64,000 nt of DNA from Terriglobia bacterium (lineage in GTDB: Bacteria; Acidobacteriota; Terriglobia; 20CM-2-55-15), in the NCBI GenBank assembly GCA_963664115.2, contig CAXWPJ010000002.1, positions 896,001 to 960,000 of the forward strand, in the 5' to 3' direction. The notes under the pieces were generated by a model. That model was not told where the DNA came from. It saw nothing but the letters and a program-made list of their open reading frames with translations, and made no database searches. A program made the translations under genes and the position numbers. Each line of letters begins with the position of its first letter. Position 1 is the stretch's first letter. This document shows positions 56,449 to 64,000 of this stretch, in pieces.

Positions 56449-59400
56449 ATGTCTGAATTTGTCCATCTACATCTGCACTCGGGCTTCAGCCTGCTTGACG
56501 GCGCTTGTGACCACGACCAACTGGTGTCCAAGGCTGCTGAATACGGCATGCCCGCAGTCGCTGTTACCGATCACGGAAACCTGTTCGGAGCCGTGGGCTT
56601 CTACGAAGCCGCTAAGAAAAAGGGCGTCAAACCCATCATTGGCTGCGAAATGTACGTTTCGAAGACCTCACGCCACGATCGCGACCCACGAACAGCACGG
56701 CCCCACCACCTCATTCTTCTTTGCGAAAACGCCCGCGGTTACCAGAATCTGATCAAGCTGGTTTCCTCCGGCTACCTGGAAGGTTTTTACTACAAGCCGC
56801 GGATTGATAAAGAACTTCTAGCCGCTCATAGCGAAGGGCTGATTGGCCTCTCGGGTTGCCTGAATGGAGAGGTATCCGCCAACTTACTCGCGAATCGTTA
56901 CGATGTCGCGGAAGAGGCCGCCAGCGAACTGTACGACATATTTGGTCCGGACCGATTCTTCTTGGAGGTTCAGGACCAGGGTCTGTCCAAACAACGCCAG
57001 ATCATCCCGGATATGCTGCGAATTGCCGACCGCACCGGCATTCCGGCAGTGGCAACGAACGACTGCCACTACATGTGCCAGGATGACGCCAGAGCACACG
57101 ACGTGTTGCTTTGCATTCAGACGGGAAAAACGGTCAACGATCCCAACCGGATGAAGTTCTATACGGACCAGTTCTATTTCAAATCCCACGATGAAATGGC
57201 CCAGGTGTTTGGTGATTATCCGGAGCTGTTGAGCCGGACCGCGGCAATAGCCGATCGCTGCAACCTCGAACTCCAACCGATCGACAACCCGTTTCCTGAT
57301 TTCGACGTGCCGCCGGGATTCACTGTCGACTCCTATTTCGACAAGGTCGTGAGGGATGGCTTTGGAGAGCGATTGGAACATCTGAAGGAACTCGCTGATT
57401 CGGGAGAGCTGAAGCACCCGATCGAGGAATACGAGTGCCGCCTCCAGGATGAGATTTCCATCATCCAGGGCATGCGGTACTCCGGTTATTTCCTCATCGT
57501 TTGGGACCTGATCCGTTACTCACGCGAAAACGAAATACCCGTCGGCCCCGGCCGCGGATCCGCCGCAGGAAGTCTTGTGTCCTACTGCATGCGGATTACC
57601 GACCTCGACCCGCTCCACTATGGACTGCTCTTTGAGCGCTTCCTGAATCCCGAAAGAGTCACGCTGCCGGATATCGACATTGATTTCTGCATGAACCGGC
57701 GATCCGACGTTATCGATTACGTCACGCGCAAGTACGGACGCGAAAATGTGTCGCAGATCATCACCTTTGGCACCATGGCGGCAAGGGGCGTCATCCGGGA
57801 CACGGGCAGGGGCATGCAAATGCCTTATTCGGAGGTGGATCGGCTGGCCAAGATGATCCCTGCGGAACTCAACATCACCCTCGAGCGCGCTCTGGAACAG
57901 AACAAAGACTTCAGAACATTAGTCGAACGCGACGAGCGTGTCAGAGATATCGTCACCGTTGCCAAGAAACTTGAAGGCCTGGCGCGACATGCGTCCATGC
58001 ACGCTGCCGGAGTCGTCATATCGCCTCGACCGCTTACCGAACTCGTCCCGCTTTACAAATCAAGCAAAGACGAGATTATGACCATGTACCCGATGACCGA
58101 CGTCGAGAGCCTCGGGTTATTGAAAATGGATTTTCTCGCGCTGACGACTTTGACGGTTATCGACGACACCCTCAAAATGCTCCGCGCGTCGGAGTCTCTG
58201 GATCTGAAGATAGACGAGATCCCGCTTGACGACGAAAAGACATACGATCTGTTCGCTAACGGTCTGACCAGCGGTGTCTTTCAGTTTGAAAGCTCCGGAA
58301 TGAAAGATATTCTGCGGCGCTTCAAACCCTCCAGCATCGAGCACCTGACAGCCTTGAACGCACTCTACCGCCCGGGACCCATAGGCGGGGGCATGATCGA
58401 TGACTTCATCAAACGGAAACACGGAACCAAGAAGATCGAATTTGAGCTTCCGGAACTTAAGCCGATCCTGGAAGAAACATACGGCGTCATCGTTTATCAG
58501 GAACAGGTCATGCAGATCGCCAATTCGCTCGCCGGATATTCATTGGGAGAGGCTGATCTCCTGCGGCGGGCGATGGGCAAGAAAAAGGCCAGCGAAATGG
58601 CCGCCCATCGACAAAAGTTCGCCGAGGGGGCCCAGGCAAAAGATTTCAAGGATTCCAAGAAAGTAACGAAGATATTTGACCTCATGGAACAGTTCGCTGG
58701 CTATGGCTTCAACAAATCCCACTCGGCCGCGTACGCTCTGCTGGCCTACCGCACGGGCTACCTCAAGGCGCACTATCCTTATTACTTCATGGCGGCGGTC
58801 CTCACCAGTGAGCGGGGCAATACAGACAAAGTCGTCAAGTACATCAACGAATGCCGGCAGATGAACATCGCTATCCTGCCGCCCGACATCAATACCAGCG
58901 ATGTCAATTTCACGCCGACTCCCGATGGCATCCGCTTTGGCCTGGCGGCTATTAAGAACGTCGGTGAAACGGCCATCCGATCCATCGCAGCACGCAAGCC
59001 CTTCGCCTCTGTGCTCGACTTCTCAGAACGCGTCGATCTCAGGACAGTCAACAAGCGCGTCATGGAAAGCCTTATCAAGGCCGGCGCGTTCGATAGCCTC
59101 GGACTGGATCGAGCAACGGTGTACAACAACATCGACCGGACGATTGAGCGGGGACAAAGAACCCAGCACGAGGTCGCAGTGGGTCAGGGCGGCCTCTTTG
59201 CGCTCATCGCTGAACCCGAAACCGATGCATCCATCATGGTGCCGACTGACCCGTGGCCTGAGGCCCTGAAATTGGTCCACGAAAAAGAAACCCTGGGTTT
59301 CTACATTACGGGTCATCCCCTCCGACAGCACCAGGCGGAACTCGCGGCATACGCGAACGCTACGACGGGTAGCCTGTCGAAAAAGACCGCGGGTTCGGAG

Positions 59401-59895
59401 ATCATCATCGGTGGCGTCATCGCCCAGACACGATCGATGCGGACGAAAAAGGGGAACCGCATGGGTGTGATCCTTTTGGAAGACCTTGAAGGTGTCATCG
59501 AGGTCCTCGTATTCCCGGACACCTTTGCCAGGACCCAGTCCATATTGACGAGCGACGCTCCTGTGATCGTTCAAGCAAAACTCGACAGCGACGAGTCCTC
59601 AGTACGGCTTCTGGCCACGGACATATATTCTATCGACCGCGCTCACGAACAATTGAGCACTACGGTAACCATTGCCATCGACGGCACGGCCGCGCCAGGC
59701 GATCTGGCCGCACGACTGCTCCCTATGGTCGAAAAAAAGACCGGACAGGCCGAACTCGTCTTTGAGATCCGTTATAAAAATCGATATACCGTCTTTGTCC
59801 GGCCCAACCCATATCTGAAGGTCCTCCCTGATCGTGAATTCGTCGATTTTGTCGAAGGAATTTGCGGCCCGGATACAGTAAAGTGCAGTAGATGA
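56449..59895 (+). CDS. dnaE: DNA polymerase III subunit alpha
   Basis: FVHLHLHS PHP domain, GPGRGSAAGS, PDIDIDF, YGFNKSHS, OB fold; no intein visible. Confidence 0.98.
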   Translation: MSEFVHLHLHSGFSLLDGACDHDQLVSKAAEYGMPAVAVTDHGNLFGAVGFYEAAKKKGVKPIIGCEMYVSKTSRHDRDPRTARPHHLILLCENARGYQNLIKLVSSGYLEGFYYKPRIDKELLAAHSEGLIGLSGCLNGEVSANLLANRYDVAEEAASELYDIFGPDRFFLEVQDQGLSKQRQIIPDMLRIADRTGIPAVATNDCHYMCQDDARAHDVLLCIQTGKTVNDPNRMKFYTDQFYFKSHDEMAQVFGDYPELLSRTAAIADRCNLELQPIDNPFPDFDVPPGFTVDSYFDKVVRDGFGERLEHLKELADSGELKHPIEEYECRLQDEISIIQGMRYSGYFLIVWDLIRYSRENEIPVGPGRGSAAGSLVSYCMRITDLDPLHYGLLFERFLNPERVTLPDIDIDFCMNRRSDVIDYVTRKYGRENVSQIITFGTMAARGVIRDTGRGMQMPYSEVDRLAKMIPAELNITLERALEQNKDFRTLVERDERVRDIVTVAKKLEGLARHASMHAAGVVISPRPLTELVPLYKSSKDEIMTMYPMTDVESLGLLKMDFLALTTLTVIDDTLKMLRASESLDLKIDEIPLDDEKTYDLFANGLTSGVFQFESSGMKDILRRFKPSSIEHLTALNALYRPGPIGGGMIDDFIKRKHGTKKIEFELPELKPILEETYGVIVYQEQVMQIANSLAGYSLGEADLLRRAMGKKKASEMAAHRQKFAEGAQAKDFKDSKKVTKIFDLMEQFAGYGFNKSHSAAYALLAYRTGYLKAHYPYYFMAAVLTSERGNTDKVVKYINECRQMNIAILPPDINTSDVNFTPTPDGIRFGLAAIKNVGETAIRSIAARKPFASVLDFSERVDLRTVNKRVMESLIKAGAFDSLGLDRATVYNNIDRTIERGQRTQHEVAVGQGGLFALIAEPETDASIMVPTDPWPEALKLVHEKETLGFYITGHPLRQHQAELAAYANATTGSLSKKTAGSEIIIGGVIAQTRSMRTKKGNRMGVILLEDLEGVIEVLVFPDTFARTQSILTSDAPVIVQAKLDSDESSVRLLATDIYSIDRAHEQLSTTVTIAIDGTAAPGDLAARLLPMVEKKTGQAELVFEIRYKNRYTVFVRPNPYLKVLPDREFVDFVEGICGPDTVKCSR

Positions 59896-60839
59896 GCCCG
59901 GCACCCGACAAAGACGGTGCGATTCGAGATCTGGAACACGAACTCGACGCCCTTGCCAAACTCCCTGAAGACCGGGGAACAGGCGATCGAATCGAGCAGC
60001 TTGAGTCACAGTTAAACCGGCTGCGGCAGGAACTGCTCGACAGGATGACCGCTTACGACAAGGTTCAGCTCGCTCGCCACCCCAAACGCCCGTACTTCCT
60101 CGATTATGTTCCGCTCCTGTTTGAAGAGTTTGAGGAATGGCACGGCGATCGCAAATTCGGCGACGACCCCGCTATTGTGACTGGCTTTGCGCTATTTCAA
60201 GGACAACCCGTCTGCCTGGTGGGGCAAGAAAAGGGGCGGGGCACCAAGGGGAAGCTATATCGAAACTTCGGAATGCCGAAGCCTGAAGGCTATCGCAAAG
60301 CTTTTCGGGTGATGAAGCTCGCCGAGAAGTTTGGCCGGCCTATTCTCACGTTTATCGACACACCGGGCGCCTACCCCGGGATTGATGCCGAAGAGCGGGG
60401 ACAAGCCGAAGCGATCGCGTTCAACCTTCGGGAGATGTCGGGCCTCCGAGTCCCCATTATCGCCACCGTTACTGGGGAAGGCGGTTCGGGCGGTGCCCTG
60501 GCGATCGGCCTTGGAGACCGCGTCAACATGCTGGAGTTTTCTGTCTATTCGGTCATCGCTCCCGAAAGCTGTTCAGCAATTCTCTGGCGAGATCAACAAC
60601 ACGCAGCGGAGGCTGCTGAAGCGCTCCGACTCACGCCGGAAAATCTGAAGAAGCTGCAGCTGATCGACGCAATCGTTCCAGAGCCGATCGGAGGTGCGCA
60701 GAACGACCCGGAAGCCATGGCCTCGGAAATTTCAAAAATCCTTCGGTCGCAACTCGATGAGCTGGCCCGGTTGGACACAGAACCGCTGTTGGAATCGCGA
60801 TATCAGAAGTTCCGGAAAATGGGCGCGTTCGGAGAGTGA
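59892..60839 (+). CDS. accA: Acetyl-CoA carboxylase carboxyltransferase alpha subunit
   Basis: ARHPKRP, NFGMPKPEGYRKA, DTPGAYPG, GEGGSGGAL. Confidence 0.97.
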   Translation: MSPAPDKDGAIRDLEHELDALAKLPEDRGTGDRIEQLESQLNRLRQELLDRMTAYDKVQLARHPKRPYFLDYVPLLFEEFEEWHGDRKFGDDPAIVTGFALFQGQPVCLVGQEKGRGTKGKLYRNFGMPKPEGYRKAFRVMKLAEKFGRPILTFIDTPGAYPGIDAEERGQAEAIAFNLREMSGLRVPIIATVTGEGGSGGALAIGLGDRVNMLEFSVYSVIAPESCSAILWRDQQHAAEAAEALRLTPENLKKLQLIDAIVPEPIGGAQNDPEAMASEISKILRSQLDELARLDTEPLLESRYQKFRKMGAFGE

Positions 60840-60887
60840 ATCGAGCTAAGAGGGTGCGGCCGGGTTCAACAGGAAAAACAATGAGGA

Positions 60888-61007
60888 CTAGTGGTGGCTG
60901 GTTTCCTCACCGCGTTTCACAGCAGCGATTCCCGCGATGACAACCAGAATAACGACGGGCAACAGAACCAGAGCTCCGGTGCCGAGAGCAGCGAAAATGT
61001 CAGACAT
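60888..61007 (-). CDS. Small (39 aa) single-TM protein, absent from the ORF track
   Basis: MSDIFAALGTGALVLLPVVILVVIAGIAAVKRGEETSHH*; strong aaggag RBS upstream. Confidence 0.65.
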   Translation of the reverse strand: MSDIFAALGTGALVLLPVVILVVIAGIAAVKRGEETSHH

Positions 61008-61422
61008 CAAAACTTCTCCTTTTCGTTGAGCAGCTTTCGACTCTCACGGCGTCATCGACCCGATGTATCACCTGGAGTCCATCCCAGCGATCATCCCAGA
61101 AAAACACGGGAGCCACAATAGGGAAGTCAGTTACTGGATTGGCCTCAATCTCTCCTTAGCCGTCTGGAGCTGCTTGGCGCCTTGCGGGATTCCCGTGTGT
61201 TGAAACAATCGTTATGGACATCGACGTTAGCAGATCCCCTCAGGTGTGGCGGCGCATCCCATGGCTTCGGTAGTGCGGAGCCGGAGAGTGAACTTCAAAC
61301 CGAGTCACCCGTCGATTTATCGCCCCAGGCCAGCCGGAACTTGTAGTCGGATCGAATTGTGTGTCCGGCCTCGAACTACCGAATGCTAGAATAGAGAGAC
61401 ATCATTTCTTCGAGGAGAGGAC

Positions 61423-62382
61423 ATGCTCATCAAACGACCCGCGGACATAAAGTCGTCGGAAATAACGGACGAAAAACTATATCGAAACCGTCGCCAGTTT
61501 CTGAAGACCGCCAGCTGGGCCACCCTGGCGTCGGCGGGCGCGGCAGTCATGGGATCGGGATGCACCGCCCCGGGCACGGTCGCTGCGGCGCCTCAACTTG
61601 GAGAGTTTGACACCGACGAAGAAATAACGCCGGAAGATGCGGTCACCGGATACAACAATTTCTACGAATTCGGCACCGCCAAGGAAGATCCGGCACGGAA
61701 CGCCCATACGCTTCGGCCAAGACCCTGGACTGTTGAAGTCGACGGCCTGGTCGCGAACCCCGCCACCTATGACCTCGACGATCTCATCGGTGGCTTCGCG
61801 CTGGAGGATAGAATCTATCGGATGCGCTGCGTCGAGGGATGGTCCATGGTCATTCCATGGTACGGCTTTCCGCTTGCGGATCTGATCAACAAACTCGATC
61901 CCTTACCTAGCGCTCGTTACATCCGCATGGAGACTCTCGTCGATACCGAACAGATGCCTGGGCAGAGGCGTGGACTCTTCGGCTATGTTCTGGACTGGCC
62001 GTACGTTGAGGGCCTGCGCATGGACGAGGCTATGAACCCGCTGACGTTGATGGCCGTTGGCGTCTATGGCAAGGAAGGACCGAACCAGAACGGAGCGCCG
62101 ATTCGCCTCGTCGTCCCCTGGAAGTACGGTTTCAAGGGGGTCAAGTCTATCGTCAAAATTAGTTTTGTCGAAGACCAGCCGTTCAATACGTGGCAACAAC
62201 AGGCGTCTAATGAGTATGGATTCTACGCCAACGTTAATCCGAACGTCGATCATCCGAGGTGGAGTCAGGGCCGGGAGCGTCGGATCGGCGAAGTGCTCCG
62301 CAGAGAGACGCTGATGTTTAACGGCTATACCGAACACGTGGCGCAAATGTACACCGACCTGGACCTTCGCAGAAATTATTGA
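61423..62382 (+). CDS. msrP: Protein-methionine-sulfoxide reductase catalytic subunit
   Basis: SEIT...Y.NRRQFLK Tat motif; YNNFYEFG; [13 protein letters not shown]; PWKYGFK; HPRWSQ. Confidence 0.96.
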   Translation: MLIKRPADIKSSEITDEKLYRNRRQFLKTASWATLASAGAAVMGSGCTAPGTVAAAPQLGEFDTDEEITPEDAVTGYNNFYEFGTAKEDPARNAHTLRPRPWTVEVDGLVANPATYDLDDLIGGFALEDRIYRMRCVEGWSMVIPWYGFPLADLINKLDPLPSARYIRMETLVDTEQMPGQRRGLFGYVLDWPYVEGLRMDEAMNPLTLMAVGVYGKEGPNQNGAPIRLVVPWKYGFKGVKSIVKISFVEDQPFNTWQQQASNEYGFYANVNPNVDHPRWSQGRERRIGEVLRRETLMFNGYTEHVAQMYTDLDLRRNY

Positions 62383-63017
62383 GTCGTGGCCGAAACATGA
62401 GCAGGACCCGATTCCTGAAGTGGGTCGTGAAGCCCACCGTTTTCTTGCTCTGCTTTTTACCGCTACCCCTTCTCGCCTGGAATTTTTTTGCCGGGAACCT
62501 CAGCTTTAACCCAGTCGAAGACATTACACACACAACGGGTCGCTGGGCGCTGCGCTTTCTTTTAGCCACGCTTGCCATCAGTCCCGTTCGGCGGATTACA
62601 GGGTTCAAGGAACTCATTCGATTTCGGCGCATGCTCGGCCTCTTCGCTTTTTTCTATGCCGTGGCGCACTTCACGATTTACATCTGGCTGGACCACTTCT
62701 TCGACATGGTTGCCGTTTTCGCGGATATCCCCGAGCGGCCCTTCATCACAGCGGGCTTTACCGCTTTCGTCATAATGATCCCGCTAGCGGTAACTTCCAC
62801 AAAGAAATGGATAGTCCGACTCGGAGGCCGACGCTGGCGCCTGATACATCAGCTGATTTACGTGAGTGTCATCGCCGGTGTGCTTCACTATCTGTGGATC
62901 GGTAAAGTAATCGAGCTTGCACCGGCAGGATATGTGGGTTCGTTCGCAATCCTCATGGGCTTTCGCCTTCTCGCCCGATTTCGCCCGGACTTGGTGGCGC
63001 GCATCGTGCGCAATTAA
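62379..63017 (+). CDS. msrQ: Protein-methionine-sulfoxide reductase heme-binding subunit
   Basis: [22 protein letters not shown]...H, PLAVTS, LGGRRW..IH...Y. Confidence 0.95.
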   Translation: MSRGRNMSRTRFLKWVVKPTVFLLCFLPLPLLAWNFFAGNLSFNPVEDITHTTGRWALRFLLATLAISPVRRITGFKELIRFRRMLGLFAFFYAVAHFTIYIWLDHFFDMVAVFADIPERPFITAGFTAFVIMIPLAVTSTKKWIVRLGGRRWRLIHQLIYVSVIAGVLHYLWIGKVIELAPAGYVGSFAILMGFRLLARFRPDLVARIVRN

Positions 63018-63047
63018 AGCCGGGCGACTCCCAGCGCCTGAACCTCT

Positions 63048-63770
63048 ATGCCCGTCGCAAAGCAGTCACAGCCACCACCAGGCGGGGGACGTTACAAGTA
63101 CTACGACCTGGTTATGGCGGCGTTCGTCACCATCCTGATTTGTTCCAACGTTATTGGCGCGGCAAAGGTCGCCTCGATCGGGGGCTTCACGTTTGGAGCC
63201 GGCGTCCTGTTCTTTCCAATCAGCTATATCTTTAATGACGTGCTGACGGAGGTGTACGGATACGCCCGTGCGCGTAAGGTGGTATGGGCTGGTTTCGGGG
63301 CCCTCCTATTCGCCTCGATCATGAGTTTCGTCGTCGTCTGGCTTCCACCGGCAATCGACTGGCCCGACCAGCCGGCCTACCAGACCGTTTTTGGTCAAAC
63401 GCCTCGAATCGTATTTGCCTCGATCACGGCGTTTTTTGTGGGAGAGCTTGCGAACTCGTACGTACTCGCGAAAATGAAAATTCAAACCGAGGGGCGCTAT
63501 CTCTGGTTTCGTACGATAGGCTCCACGATAGTCGGTGAGGGAGTGGATTCAGCCGTTTTCTATCCGGTCGCGTTCTCTAGGGTCTGGTCCAACGACCTGT
63601 TGGTCCAGGTTCTTGTGTCAAACTACGATAGGCTCCACGTGATAAAGGTAGTTTGGGAGGCGATGGTCACACCGTTCACCTATAAGATTATCGGCTTCCT
63701 GAAAAAGGCCGAACACGAAGACTATTACGACCACGATACCAACTTCACGCCCTTCTCGATTAGAGTTTAG
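63048..63770 (+). CDS. yhhQ: Queuosine precursor transporter (YhhQ/DUF165)
   Basis: FFPISYIFNDVLTEVYG, PRIVFAS, RTIGSTIVGEGVDS. Confidence 0.9.
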   Translation: MPVAKQSQPPPGGGRYKYYDLVMAAFVTILICSNVIGAAKVASIGGFTFGAGVLFFPISYIFNDVLTEVYGYARARKVVWAGFGALLFASIMSFVVVWLPPAIDWPDQPAYQTVFGQTPRIVFASITAFFVGELANSYVLAKMKIQTEGRYLWFRTIGSTIVGEGVDSAVFYPVAFSRVWSNDLLVQVLVSNYDRLHVIKVVWEAMVTPFTYKIIGFLKKAEHEDYYDHDTNFTPFSIRV

Positions 63771-63788
63771 GGAACGGACACTCACTAG

Positions 63789-64000
63789 TCCCAAAACAAG
63801 CGCATAACCAGTCCGCCGAGGCCCAGTTCGCGCCGATAGAATTCGAGGCATAGAATCCCGTTCCCGGATGGCCTGTTCCAGGTATCGAGTTTCTGTTGAA
63901 TCTGTTTCAGTTCAGCCTCGCTGGTGTTGGACGGTTGACAGAAACCGGGACCTCGATCGCCCGGGCTCAGAGTCATGATCGGGTCAACATCGCAGAGGCT
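63789..64000 (-). mobile_element. IS1380-family insertion sequence, copy 3 (runs off the window)
   Basis: Identical to 693 onward; CTAG at 63785-63788. Confidence 0.9.

Noticed and set aside
56449-59895. Intein or split in dnaE
   Set aside because: Length (1148 aa) and motif spacing are normal; no intein signatures.
61130-61410. Possible Moco riboswitch upstream of msrP
   Set aside because: No consensus elements identifiable by eye; unsupported without a covariance search.

Overview
GC-rich bacterial chromosomal window. The lineage is inferred to be Acidobacteriota-like from gene neighbourhoods (ccsA-hemA-hemC-hemD, site-2 protease-trpS-scpA-scpB-rluB, psd-pssA, dnaE-accA, DUF6152-type exported proteins); no marker analysis was possible. 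Most of the window is housekeeping: heme synthesis, tRNA modification, mutS, guaA, dnaE, accA and msrPQ. The most notable region is 7.9-18 kb, where a eukaryote-like alkyl-DHAP synthase (AGPS), an SDR reductase, two HAD-IB phosphatase paralogues, a stand-alone fatty acyl-CoA reductase, a DAG-kinase-family protein and a divergent PlsY cluster together. These form a candidate bacterial ether-lipid pathway that is partly decayed. Mobile DNA is abundant: three IS1380-family copies (two complete, 1849 bp), an IS3, an IS256, an IS630, a heavily deleted IS630 relic and a structured 271-bp MITE, mostly at CTAG sites. There are also eight intergenic palindromes built from periodic 7-9-mer units, an unusual GGCT-like + double-psi-barrel-like + 2TM gene with a frameshift, a divergent SoxC/SorA-type Mo enzyme with a frameshifted cytochrome c, several gene remnants and two small membrane ORFs below the ORF-track cut-off. 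No tRNA, rRNA or CRISPR array was seen. All calls come from reading motifs by eye; no database search was run.
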